From a virus (taxonomy: Duplodnaviria > Caudoviricetes): a stretch of DNA of 64,000 nt. Positions within the stretch are counted from its first letter, which is position 1. Every line of letters starts with the position of its first letter. The stretch lies in IMG/VR virus record IMGVR_UViG_3300025030_000042; one strand, written 5' to 3'. Positions 1 through 8,961 of this stretch are shown in pieces. A model generated the notes under the pieces. The model made no database searches. It saw nothing but the letters and a program-made list of their open reading frames with translations, and was not told where the DNA came from. The position numbers and the translations under genes were made by a program.

Positions 1-260
1 TTTACGGAACCCAAAGAAACACAATCACCATCGTTTGGAAGTGTATACTTATGATTATATCCGACAACATCACTATTCACTCTTGAATCTAAAGTAACGA
101 CCAAAGAAACCGTAGAAGTGTTTGTTATTTTTACGCTTTCCGGAAGGCTGGGTAATATATATGCCTGTTGACCGTTATTTGCTTCGCTTCCCGAAACTCC
201 AACAGATCCGGTCATCCAGGTTGTTAATATTTTCGGTGATTGTCCGCCATATTGAAACAT
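1..260 (-). CDS. Hypothetical protein, runs off the window edge; paralog of 275..694
   Basis: Not in the ORF track. ATG at 260 opens MFQYGGQSPKILTTWMTGSVGVSGSEANNGQQAYILPSLPESVKITNTS...NHKYTLPNDGD with no stop to position 1. It resembles GSATNNGETKIEFPSVTRDFTVINKS...NHYITLP of the neighbour. Confidence 0.7.
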   Translation of the reverse strand, partial: MFQYGGQSPKILTTWMTGSVGVSGSEANNGQQAYILPSLPESVKITNTSTVSLVVTLDSRVNSDVVGYNHKYTLPNDGDCVSLGSV

Positions 261-274
261 TATTGTTTATCCTA

Positions 275-694
275 TTAAGTATTGATTCCGGAACCGCTCG
301 GCATTTGTAAATCTTTAGCGTCCAAAGAAGTAAGATTAGCCACTATTCTGATTTCTGCGTTTGATCCAGTATTTTCCATCGCAACATATACTTCTTTTAC
401 CTTCATTTGAAATGTATATGAATCATCCATTCCGGGAAGAGTAATATAATGATTTTTAGAAGTTACAACAGAACTATTTGAAATACTGTCAAAATATACA
501 CGAATATGATTATTTGATTTATTAATTACTGTAAAATCGCGAGTTACACTAGGAAACTCTATTTTCGTTTCACCATTATTTGTTGCTGACCCTGATACAT
601 AAGAAGCAGTTAAAAACGGGCGGCCGCTGATTTGATAAGATCCTACATTGTTGATCCCGACGCGCGGCTGGTGTAAAATAGCATTATTACTCAT
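275..694 (-). CDS. Hypothetical beta-rich protein, probably virion-associated
   Basis: 139-aa ORF overlapping the upstream stop, in the head-gene operon; paralogous to 1..260. Confidence 0.7.
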   Translation of the reverse strand: MSNNAILHQPRVGINNVGSYQISGRPFLTASYVSGSATNNGETKIEFPSVTRDFTVINKSNNHIRVYFDSISNSSVVTSKNHYITLPGMDDSYTFQMKVKEVYVAMENTGSNAEIRIVANLTSLDAKDLQMPSGSGINT

Positions 695-1430
695 CTTTTT
701 CTTCCTTAGTTATTCCAGTTATAGAAGACCAAGATATTCCAGTTATTATATGAGAAATAGTCGCTTTACTTACTCCGTATTCTTGTGCTAACTCAGAATA
801 ACTTCCTTCTTTGTTTTTGTATTTTTTTATTATTTCGAATACTTGTTCTTCTGTAAGTATTCTTCTGCTTGACTTTTCTCCACATTTTCCAAAATGTGCT
901 AAACTCATATTTTTCCTTGCTTCACTAGAACGAACCATTCCAAAATGTGCTATACTTATTTTTTCTCTCGTTTCTTTTGAAACAATCCTTCCTTTTCGAA
1001 CTTCGCTCAACTTCTTTCTGTGTTCTAGAGAAAGTTTTTTTCCTTTGTGCGCTTCACTCATATTTTTTTTTGCTTCAATAGTGTGCTTATATCCCAAACT
1101 ACTTTCACATATTAATAGTTTATTATATCCACACTTCGGATCGTTCGAACGATAAAAATCCTTCCAATAGTTTTCTCGTTCAGCGAGATATGTTTTAAGT
1201 TCTTGCTCGTTTTTTCTTTCTACTATTATTGATTCTAACATTATAAACTGAAAGTTTTCTTTTCCATATTTATTCCAAGAACGCTGAAGATGTTTATTTG
1301 GTGAATTTTTATTATGTTTTAAATTTTGCTTATGACCACTCCATCTATTGGATACGTTTTTCGAACTACCAACATAAACTTTATTGTTTATTTTATTTAC
1401 TATTTTATATATTCCAGGAATCTTTATCAT
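687..1430 (-). CDS. GIY-YIG homing endonuclease with NUMOD3-like repeats and C-terminal HTH
   Basis: N-terminal GIYKIVNKINNKVYVGSS, SEAHKGKKLSLEHRKKLSE repeats, C-terminal LTEEQVFEI...ELAQEYGVSKATISHII. Confidence 0.9.
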   Translation of the reverse strand: MIKIPGIYKIVNKINNKVYVGSSKNVSNRWSGHKQNLKHNKNSPNKHLQRSWNKYGKENFQFIMLESIIVERKNEQELKTYLAERENYWKDFYRSNDPKCGYNKLLICESSLGYKHTIEAKKNMSEAHKGKKLSLEHRKKLSEVRKGRIVSKETREKISIAHFGMVRSSEARKNMSLAHFGKCGEKSSRRILTEEQVFEIIKKYKNKEGSYSELAQEYGVSKATISHIITGISWSSITGITKEEKDE

Positions 1431-1747
1431 TATTGTTCCCTTCTATTCCTATCTTCTTGCCTTCGTCGTCTTTCTTGTTTTACTCTAATCTTTTTTTGTT
1501 TCTTTCGCTTCTTTTTATTATAAATAGAATCTTGATTTTCTTTTTCTCTCATAAGATCCGCTTCTTTTCGTTTGCGACGCTTTCGATCCGATGGTTTTTC
1601 ATATGAAAGATGTTCTTTGACTTCCTTCATAAAATCTTCTTTCTTCATCTTCCTTAAAAATCTGCGGATCATATGCTCAACTGTCTCATTTGGCTTCAGT
1701 GTTACTTCAACATTTATCGGGTTCGTTGACTCTGGATGTTTTACCAT
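1430..1747 (-). CDS. rpsU: Phage-encoded 30S ribosomal protein bS21 with basic C-terminal extension
   Basis: VTLKPNETVEHMIRRFLRKMKKEDFMKEVKEHLSYEKPSDRKRRKRKEA matches the bS21 pattern (E..LRRF.R....YEKPS..RK). SD AAGGTG lies upstream. Confidence 0.85.
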   Translation of the reverse strand: MVKHPESTNPINVEVTLKPNETVEHMIRRFLRKMKKEDFMKEVKEHLSYEKPSDRKRRKRKEADLMREKENQDSIYNKKKRKKQKKIRVKQERRRRQEDRNRREQ

Positions 1748-1762
1748 TATTTCACCTTTATT

Positions 1763-2248
1763 TTATTTGTTACCAAAAAACATTGATATATCTACGCCCG
1801 CATCGCCCGCCGGCAAATCCGCCAACGGACTTCTTCTTGACATTGCCACCGGATCGGTCGATGGTTCTGAAGGAATGGGTCTTGCGTTCTCTTTTATTGG
1901 TGTAGTTCCAGCGAAAAAATCAACCCCTCCATATGCTTCCGACCCTATTGCCTTTAAAAGCATTTTTTTGTGTTCGTTAATTTGTTCAGCTTTGTTTGGA
2001 ACTTTAAACTTTGGCATTTGTTGTTCTTTTATTTGTTCTGGAGATATATTATTTTCTTTATTGTCGGCAGAAATATTTATGGATTCGTTTAGACCGACGA
2101 CCACTTCTTTAATGATGCCGGATAGAAGACCGGATTTACCAGATAGAAGCATTTCGTTGATGGTTTCACGAACACATTGTTTAACGAGTGGTTTTAATAT
2201 CTCCTTAAGAGATTCTTTTTGATTATTTTTTTTATTGTTATCGGACAT
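1763..2248 (-). CDS. Hypothetical head-cluster protein
   Basis: 161-aa ORF translationally coupled to the prohead protease stop (shared base 2248). Confidence 0.7.
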   Translation of the reverse strand: MSDNNKKNNQKESLKEILKPLVKQCVRETINEMLLSGKSGLLSGIIKEVVVGLNESINISADNKENNISPEQIKEQQMPKFKVPNKAEQINEHKKMLLKAIGSEAYGGVDFFAGTTPIKENARPIPSEPSTDPVAMSRRSPLADLPAGDAGVDISMFFGNK

Positions 2249-2874
2249 TATTTGTAACCTGTAATATCATTTAAAATGCGCCACAGACGATCTTTTTTGG
2301 TGAAAATATTTGAAGTAAACTTTTTACTTTCTTGTAAACTCAAAAAACTCCCATAAACACTTGGATTTTGAACTGCGTCAAAACATATGAATTGAAAATC
2401 TTCATCATTTACCAAAGATCCTTCGCTCGTTTCTTTCAAAGAACCAAGTGCCCTCGAAGAAATACCAATAGGAATATTTGATTCGACTAGAGATTTTAAA
2501 ATCTGCCCGGATGGCATTTTTTCTAATATTTCTATTTTTCCCCAAAGTTCATCACCTCGCCACCAAACTTCTCTAACTACGTGACTAATATTTTTTAAAT
2601 CAATATCCACCGATTCTGCTGGATGATTACATTCACCTACACTTCGCCTCTCTCTTATTAAACTTTGATAGTTATTCATCTCTCTGGCGAGAGTTTCTTT
2701 TTTATATATACGACCATTTTGATTTTTGCGATTAGCACACTGAAGCATACCTGTTAAAATCATAGTTCCACCTTTAACAAGGCGCTTTTCTTCTTCGTTG
2801 AGAAAATCTTGACAAACCCCTCCTTCGCAGAGTTCATAATATTCGCGAATAATATATCTTTTATTGTTTGTCAT
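2248..2874 (-). CDS. Prohead core protease (T4 gp21-like)
   Basis: Motifs NRKNQNGRIY, GECNHP (catalytic His), SHVVREVWW, GISSRALGSL (catalytic Ser), FICFDAVQNPS. Confidence 0.92.
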   Translation of the reverse strand: MTNNKRYIIREYYELCEGGVCQDFLNEEEKRLVKGGTMILTGMLQCANRKNQNGRIYKKETLAREMNNYQSLIRERRSVGECNHPAESVDIDLKNISHVVREVWWRGDELWGKIEILEKMPSGQILKSLVESNIPIGISSRALGSLKETSEGSLVNDEDFQFICFDAVQNPSVYGSFLSLQESKKFTSNIFTKKDRLWRILNDITGYK

Positions 2875-2911
2875 TATTTTTTTATTTTCCCAATCTTCAT
2901 CGTCACACCAA

Positions 2912-2919
2912 TAAATAGT
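2912..2919 (-). promoter_or_regulatory. Putative late promoter ACTATTTA
   Basis: Exact motif copy in the gap upstream of the prohead protease/bS21 operon; G at the 6th base downstream. Confidence 0.65.
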
Positions 2920-3044
2920 TCTGTAAGCCTTTAATAAACCTTATGAACATAATACCTTAATAATATCAAGCACTTACGAACCCTTACAACAATGCCTCAC
3001 GACGGGCAAATAAAATCTAATCGTACAAACTTGTCCATTATACA

Positions 3045-3938
3045 TTAAATATCACTCCCTTTATATTTATTCATCAAATCTAAAAAAAATTTTTCTGATT
3101 CTTCATTTGTTTTAGTGTGTTTGATAATGTTTTCTTTTGCTTCCAAAGGTCTTAGATTTTTTAAATCCCAACAAATCTTAAAGTTTATATGTTCCATTGA
3201 ATCATATGGAAGTAAACTTTGCGGGTATATGTGGTCAATATGCCAATATGATCCATAATTTTGCCAGTTCATATTTTCGTCAAACTGTTTTTCTAAATGA
3301 TCTTTCAGTTCTTGAACAGTATACGATAAGTGCTTAAAACAAGAACTATTACTTCTTCTATTTTTTTTCATAAAAACTTTATATATTGAACGATTAACTC
3401 TCATTTTCAACTTATAGCAAACATCCTCCCTATATCTTATTTTTTGATTTATGAGACTTTTTTCAAGCATACATTTTTTACAAATATTTGAATAACCATT
3501 TGAAAAATATTTACAAAAACGAAACTCTTTTATATTTTTTTCAACATCACAAATTTTACATATTTTATTATCAAGAATATATTCTATTTCACCATTTTGG
3601 TGTTGATTATAATATATTTCCCTATACTTTTTTGATTTTTTGCGACAACATTCTTTACATCTATTTCTTCTTCCTGATTTTAAACTTCTTTCAATGGAAA
3701 AATCATCAATTTCTTTTTCACATTTACAAACATTACAGATTTTTTTCCCTTCGTTTAAAATATTATCAATATTCTCATTTTTAATCTTCTGTTTGAGACG
3801 ATGTTGTTTTGATATTTCGCGATTACATACTTTACAAATATAACTTAAACCATCTGCGCTACGAGAATTTTTTGACCAAAACTCCTCCGTTCTTATTTTT
3901 TCTTGTTGACACTCGTTACATTTTCTTATATTCATCAT
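3045..3938 (-). CDS. HNH homing endonuclease with three tandem CxxC...CxxC modules
   Basis: C-terminal WHIDHIYPQ...LKNLRPLEAKENIIK; N-terminal repeats of K.C..C...K...F......C..C. Confidence 0.85.
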   Translation of the reverse strand: MMNIRKCNECQQEKIRTEEFWSKNSRSADGLSYICKVCNREISKQHRLKQKIKNENIDNILNEGKKICNVCKCEKEIDDFSIERSLKSGRRNRCKECCRKKSKKYREIYYNQHQNGEIEYILDNKICKICDVEKNIKEFRFCKYFSNGYSNICKKCMLEKSLINQKIRYREDVCYKLKMRVNRSIYKVFMKKNRRSNSSCFKHLSYTVQELKDHLEKQFDENMNWQNYGSYWHIDHIYPQSLLPYDSMEHINFKICWDLKNLRPLEAKENIIKHTKTNEESEKFFLDLMNKYKGSDI

Positions 3939-3948
3939 TCCTCTTCTA

Positions 3949-4269
3949 TTATATTTTCAAATATTTTTCTTTTTCAAGTGCTCTTTCTTCTTCAAGTATT
4001 TTGTTGATATTTTCTCGAAACAACTTAAAAAACTTTCGTGCTATTCTATCTTTAGAATGAGAACAATACAGATCGGTTCTGCCCGGTGTCGAGATACACC
4101 ATTCTTCTCGTTCGGGCATTTTACGAATCACGCCATCGTTTGAATAACCATAAACAAACTTATCTCCAAACTTCCCCTCGCGATCTCCGTCATCTTCTTC
4201 AATCTCTTGCCTCTCCTTAAACCTCTCGATCTCTTCGGAGATTATTCTTTTTAAATCCTTTATCTTCAT
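3949..4269 (-). CDS. Hypothetical protein with an LKRIISEE-type N-terminus (possible internal head protein)
   Basis: MKIKDLKRIISEEIERFKE start; SD GAGG and the late motif lie upstream. Confidence 0.65.
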   Translation of the reverse strand: MKIKDLKRIISEEIERFKERQEIEEDDGDREGKFGDKFVYGYSNDGVIRKMPEREEWCISTPGRTDLYCSHSKDRIARKFFKLFRENINKILEEERALEKEKYLKI

Positions 4270-4285
4270 TATTCCGCCCTCAAAC

Positions 4286-4293
4286 TAAATAGT
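4286..4293 (-). promoter_or_regulatory. Putative late promoter ACTATTTA
   Basis: Exact motif copy followed by GTTTG-A, then an SD-like GAGGGCGGA and ATG. Confidence 0.65.
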
Positions 4294-4583
4294 TATTTGG
4301 TAACCTTAATGTTTATGCCGTTATCCGAAAACAACATACAAAGAATATATGATGTTCCAGAAGAAAGACATCCAAATAAAAATATACCGATTATAAATAC
4401 TGGAAATAGTTTTATTTTTGCTATCCAAAACAATGAAAATACGATAAAACCGATCCAAGTTCCTAAACATAATGGACAGTTCAATATTTTTATTTTATTT
4501 CGTATCCGCTCAAATATAGAACCATAGACAATGATTTGGGTGATACCAAAACAAGAAAGAATGAACACAAGGAGATTGAGCAT
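4293..4583 (-). CDS. Small membrane protein with CxxC between hydrophobic segments (DUF1360-like)
   Basis: Three hydrophobic stretches; NCPLCLGTWIG motif. Confidence 0.65.
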   Translation of the reverse strand: MLNLLVFILSCFGITQIIVYGSIFERIRNKIKILNCPLCLGTWIGFIVFSLFWIAKIKLFPVFIIGIFLFGCLSSGTSYILCMLFSDNGINIKVTK

Positions 4584-5581
4584 TATTCTTTTTTTCTTCT
4601 GGTTTGACCAATGATTTTCGTGAATCTTTCTATATCGGAAGCGTCGTATCTTTGATCGAAAAAAGAAAATATATCATTGTTTTTTTGTTCCCATTTAACC
4701 CATTTAACATTAACCCACGGCCATTTTATTGAAGTTATTATACCTTTTGTTCCTGTATCTGGAAGATTTGCATCAACAATCACCTCAATTTTTGTTCCTT
4801 TTCGAAATCCTTGATCAAAAAAATTTTTTATATCTGGATTATCTGCCCTTCTTTTTATTTCCTCTGGTTTCTCTTTGTTCACGACAGTATCAATATGTTT
4901 TATAAATCCCTTTGAAAAAAATACTGCTTGTGTTGACTCGTTTTCGTGTATAGTTTTGGAACCAAGATCCACAACTCCTTCAAATCCCAAATTGGTTAAC
5001 ATTTTTGACCATTTAGCAATATATCCAATATTTGCGCCCGATAACATTCGTGTTATATTCCACATTTTACTAACTGGCTTATTTGGAAAATATGCTTTTT
5101 TTTCGGAATATTCTATCATTTCTTCAACATCATATGATTCTATTTCATTATAAAATGTCCTTGGTTCTTTTGAAACTATTTTTCTTATTTTGTTTTTATA
5201 TTGACCATAGTTTTCTCTAGTTATCTGTGCAGATTCGCCGTTTTTATCAATGACCAATAACTTCGATGAATTTTGTGCTTCAAATATTTGAATAAATGGA
5301 TTTTCAGAGACGTAGGGTATATCACCTTTACTAAAATCGTTTGCTATTGAAGGTAATAGTGGATAAGCATATATTCCTAGTGGTGTATTGTGTTTACTTC
5401 TTGTATTTATTCCAAGTTTTTCCAACTCTGTAAAACTCATATATTTCATTGAGTGTAAATCTTCAGAAACATATTTATTTACTTGTTCTATGGTAGATGG
5501 TAAAATCACTCCTTCTCGTTTGGCGCGAGTTTTTTCCTTCACCATATATTCACGCCAACTTTCTAAAAGTCTTCTATACAT
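4583..5581 (-). CDS. Hypothetical protein with possible ADP-ribosyltransferase-like fold; paralog of 8951..10042
   Basis: KLGINTRSKHNTPLGIYAYPL, WNITRM and GFEGVVDLG..IHENESTQAVFF are shared with 8951..10042; N-terminus MYRRLLESWREYM. Confidence 0.55.
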   Translation of the reverse strand: MYRRLLESWREYMVKEKTRAKREGVILPSTIEQVNKYVSEDLHSMKYMSFTELEKLGINTRSKHNTPLGIYAYPLLPSIANDFSKGDIPYVSENPFIQIFEAQNSSKLLVIDKNGESAQITRENYGQYKNKIRKIVSKEPRTFYNEIESYDVEEMIEYSEKKAYFPNKPVSKMWNITRMLSGANIGYIAKWSKMLTNLGFEGVVDLGSKTIHENESTQAVFFSKGFIKHIDTVVNKEKPEEIKRRADNPDIKNFFDQGFRKGTKIEVIVDANLPDTGTKGIITSIKWPWVNVKWVKWEQKNNDIFSFFDQRYDASDIERFTKIIGQTRRKKE

Positions 5582-5587
5582 TTTCTT

Positions 5588-6163
5588 TTAATAAGGTTTT
5601 TGTTGTGTGCCCGTAAAAACATTCGCAAATGGCGTTGTAGTTTTATCTTTGTGTGCCCCAACCTTGCCCATTGGCGTTGAATCTTCGGCGGCCGGATCGG
5701 TCATTCGGTCCTTCATTTGTTTCTTTCGTTTCTTTTGATAAATAAAGTGCGGTCGTTCATCATCCAACCACCGAGCAACAGCAAGTATTGTAAGATCGAT
5801 GGGATTTACATTTTCATCTTCAGGTTGTGCGATTTGTCCCTCAAGCGATCCATATATATTTCCACTATGAACAGTTCCAAGTTCGATCAGTCCTTTTTTA
5901 CTTAATATTTTAAATAAATGATTTTGTGTGTCATAAACTTTATCTTCCATCATATCGCTGGGAAATGTTATTATTTTACTTTCCGATGGAACAATAACGA
6001 TATCAATATCTTCATGATCGAGAATAATAATATTTCCGTCAACAGATTTTCTTATATCAAGTTTTATACTTGTAGAAGTTTCTTGTGGTTGTTGAGAAGG
6101 TTGTTCCTCAACATTATTTTTTTGTGTGTCCGCTTCGTTTCCGACTGTAATATTAACCGACAT
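5588..6163 (-). CDS. Hypothetical head-cluster protein
   Basis: 191-aa ORF overlapping the upstream stop, downstream of the portal. Confidence 0.7.
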   Translation of the reverse strand: MSVNITVGNEADTQKNNVEEQPSQQPQETSTSIKLDIRKSVDGNIIILDHEDIDIVIVPSESKIITFPSDMMEDKVYDTQNHLFKILSKKGLIELGTVHSGNIYGSLEGQIAQPEDENVNPIDLTILAVARWLDDERPHFIYQKKRKKQMKDRMTDPAAEDSTPMGKVGAHKDKTTTPFANVFTGTQQKPY

Positions 6164-6983
6164 AGATTTCTTTTACCAGTTCTTGTATTTTCATAACTTG
6201 ATTTATCAAAGCATCATCAATGCTTTGCCTTTCTTTGAAAGATTCCACAATATTTAAAACTTCATTTATCTTATTTTTTATTTCGCCGTCATCTTTTATA
6301 TCGGCATTTTCAAAGGATTCTTTAAGTTTATTTTTGAGCCTTCCGATTTCTTCGTTTAAGAACAACTTGAGTTCAACACCATTGTTGTTAAATGAAAATA
6401 TGTATTTATTTAAAAGTTGGCGTTGTTCGGTCAATAAGTTTTTATTATATTTTTCGTTAAACTTCTTTACAAATGTTTTGAACGCCAAATTTCCTATTGG
6501 CTCAAGAACAACAGCAGTCTCTTCTTTTTTTATCATATCGCCAATGATTTTTTGCTCAAGAACCAAACGCTTTTTAATAGGAAGTTTACCGTTAAATATT
6601 TGATAAACCGTCGCAAGACTTTTGTAATTTGGAATGAAGTTATCATATATTTCAACTCCAAACATTTGATTGATTTTGTTTATTAGTTTTGATTGTTCTG
6701 AAAACAATCTTTTCTCGTTGATTGAATATAAATGTTCTTGACGAGTTTCTTCGATCAATCGTTCTGCCAATCTTTGTTCAATACCTTCGTTTTCCAAAAG
6801 AGTATTGTATAATCTTAACTCTTTATTTAATATTGTTCCTTTTTTAAAATGTTCCTTTATAACAATAAGAAGGTTGTTTCTTTTTTTCTCATCTTTTTTT
6901 ACAATCGACTTTGTAAGTTCTTGAATAAGAATATTATAAAGAACGGCAGTGTTTCTCTTCTTATTATGTTTATTACTTGACAT
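6153..6983 (-). CDS. Helical protein downstream of the portal (possible prohead core/scaffold component)
   Basis: Likely start MSSNKHNKKRNTAVLY at 6983, overlapping the portal stop; helical and Glu/Lys-rich. Confidence 0.6.
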   Translation of the reverse strand: MSSNKHNKKRNTAVLYNILIQELTKSIVKKDEKKRNNLLIVIKEHFKKGTILNKELRLYNTLLENEGIEQRLAERLIEETRQEHLYSINEKRLFSEQSKLINKINQMFGVEIYDNFIPNYKSLATVYQIFNGKLPIKKRLVLEQKIIGDMIKKEETAVVLEPIGNLAFKTFVKKFNEKYNKNLLTEQRQLLNKYIFSFNNNGVELKLFLNEEIGRLKNKLKESFENADIKDDGEIKNKINEVLNIVESFKERQSIDDALINQVMKIQELVKEIYVG

Positions 6984-8961
6984 TCTTTTTATCTTCCTCA
7001 ATAGTTACCAATTGTAATAGTTTTTTTTCTTCTTTCTCGGTTAGAACTTTTCTTTTTACATCTCCAACCTTTTCCAAATCTTCAATCAATATATTTATTT
7101 CGTGACTGGTTCTTAAAATATCTGTTTCTTCATTATAAATAGTTTTGTTATTCTGTTCAACATTCTCTTTATTTTCATATATTCCCTTGGCAAATGTCGC
7201 CAAACCAGAATAACCCTTATGAATATTTCTTGCTGTGTTCCTACCAGATTCATCGTTGTATTTTGAGCGATACGAGCGCTTTCGTGCTCCCATATCTCGT
7301 TTATCTGACAAAACTGGATAATATAGTTTTCCTTTTGCTCCTTGGGTTAAATAAGGTTCATCTCGTTTTCCAGGTTCGGGCGATGAAGAATCTGAAGTAT
7401 CTGGTGATGCCAATAATGTTGATTCTTCTTCACTGCCGCCGGCAGATTCATCTCCTCCACCATCGAGATCATCTAAAGGAGATTCTCCGCTTCCACCAGC
7501 ACCACCAACGCTTGGTCCTTCAACAATTTCGTCAAGTTGGGCATCAAAATAACGATCAAAATACATTTCTTTTTGATTGCGAACCATTTCTTCATCGGAT
7601 AGACCGAATAGTTTCTTTCCGATCCAACGACGACTAAAGAATCCTTCGGTTGCTGCCGAAGCAACATCAAACTTTGTTCGCCAAGCTTCAAGTTCTTGAA
7701 GTTCTGCGATTTTTGAAGGATTGTTTAGAGATAGTTTAAATGATACAAGATCGCTTTTACGATATCCAAGCGTAAACAAATGAATAATACCAATCTTTTC
7801 AAGTTCGGATATTATTGAGCGTTGAATCCTTTGAATCGTTCGAGCAAATCGCAAATCTTTGGCACTCAAAGATGTTTTATCTGAGTCCGCTCCTTCTCCA
7901 CGAAATAAATATTCTTGAGGGATTTTGATCGCGGAAAATAACTTATCTTTGAGGTATTTGATATCGTCCATATCGCCACTGAACTGTCCGCCCGGCAAGG
8001 TTTCGATGCGAGTTTGTGTGTTTCCGCGAATAGGCAGAAAAAAATCTTCTTGAATGCTCGCAGGGTTAAAACGAAGATCGACTTTTCCTGTATCTGGATC
8101 TACTACCTGATTCCGTTTCATTGAAGTGATCATTTTCTGCATATATTGTTCTACTTCTTGTGGTGGAATAGACCCAACATCAATATAAAACACACGACGC
8201 TCCGGGGAACGAACTATTCTATACGCCATCATAGCATCTTCGAGCAGCATTATTTGACGAAATATTCGCCTTGCAGGATCAAGAATGGACGTCCCATTCG
8301 GCTGATATTTATCATTTCCAAGTATTCTAAAATGAGCAACCTGCCAGTTTTCAAAAGTCAATCCACCCGCATTCCAATGAAACTGAGTGTAGTTCGGATT
8401 CATTTTATCCTCGCCTTCCAACCGTTCCATTTCCGCCACTGGCAAGGGTATTACATTTTTAATTCCAATCTTTTCGTCAATATCTAAATAAATAAATAAA
8501 TCCCCATATTTACACAGCGCGCGCGCCCAACCAAAAAGATTAAAATCAATATTCAATATAGTATTGTATAATATATCAAGTTCGGTTTGTATTTCTTGAT
8601 TTGGGCAAGCAATCTTTAGCAACGGTTGAAGATCGCTGGAAGTAGTTATTTCGTCTCCGTAAATATCCAGGGCCGAATTCAGTATCGGATCGAACTCCAT
8701 CTGTTCAAACTCAGAATATCGAACCGCACGATTCTGTTTCATCATAATGTCGGTTCTTAAATGTTGAAACGGATCATAATCGGTTCGCTTAAAACTTTGC
8801 CCGTGAACAGACATAAAATCATATTTTTTTAAGTTTCTACGCCGAACATTTCTTTCCGATTGGCGACGATAGTTTACAAGTGGACCAGATAAAAGTCTTG
8901 TTAATTTCTTAAATAAAGTTGAAGCCGGATTGTTCGGATTTCTCTTGAAGTTATTTGCCAT
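6973..8961 (-). CDS. Portal protein (T4 gp20-like)
   Basis: LLEDAMMAYRIVRSPERRVFYIDVGSIPPQEVEQYMQK, EDFFLPIRG, IETLPGG, DIKYLKDKLFSAIKIP are gp20 family motifs. Confidence 0.95.
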   Translation of the reverse strand: MANNFKRNPNNPASTLFKKLTRLLSGPLVNYRRQSERNVRRRNLKKYDFMSVHGQSFKRTDYDPFQHLRTDIMMKQNRAVRYSEFEQMEFDPILNSALDIYGDEITTSSDLQPLLKIACPNQEIQTELDILYNTILNIDFNLFGWARALCKYGDLFIYLDIDEKIGIKNVIPLPVAEMERLEGEDKMNPNYTQFHWNAGGLTFENWQVAHFRILGNDKYQPNGTSILDPARRIFRQIMLLEDAMMAYRIVRSPERRVFYIDVGSIPPQEVEQYMQKMITSMKRNQVVDPDTGKVDLRFNPASIQEDFFLPIRGNTQTRIETLPGGQFSGDMDDIKYLKDKLFSAIKIPQEYLFRGEGADSDKTSLSAKDLRFARTIQRIQRSIISELEKIGIIHLFTLGYRKSDLVSFKLSLNNPSKIAELQELEAWRTKFDVASAATEGFFSRRWIGKKLFGLSDEEMVRNQKEMYFDRYFDAQLDEIVEGPSVGGAGGSGESPLDDLDGGGDESAGGSEEESTLLASPDTSDSSSPEPGKRDEPYLTQGAKGKLYYPVLSDKRDMGARKRSYRSKYNDESGRNTARNIHKGYSGLATFAKGIYENKENVEQNNKTIYNEETDILRTSHEINILIEDLEKVGDVKRKVLTEKEEKKLLQLVTIEEDKKNVK

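Noticed and set aside
1572-2222. 216-aa plus-strand ORF (and similar ones at 28667..29248, 55632..56198, 60837..61286)
   Set aside because: These are antisense shadows of well-supported minus-strand genes, rich in Phe/Ser/Leu/Ile, with no recognisable motifs or RBS.
3037-3065. TATAAT as a sigma70 promoter after the HNH gene
   Set aside because: There is no -35 match at the proper spacing and the region is AT-rich; kept only as part of a low-interest gap note.
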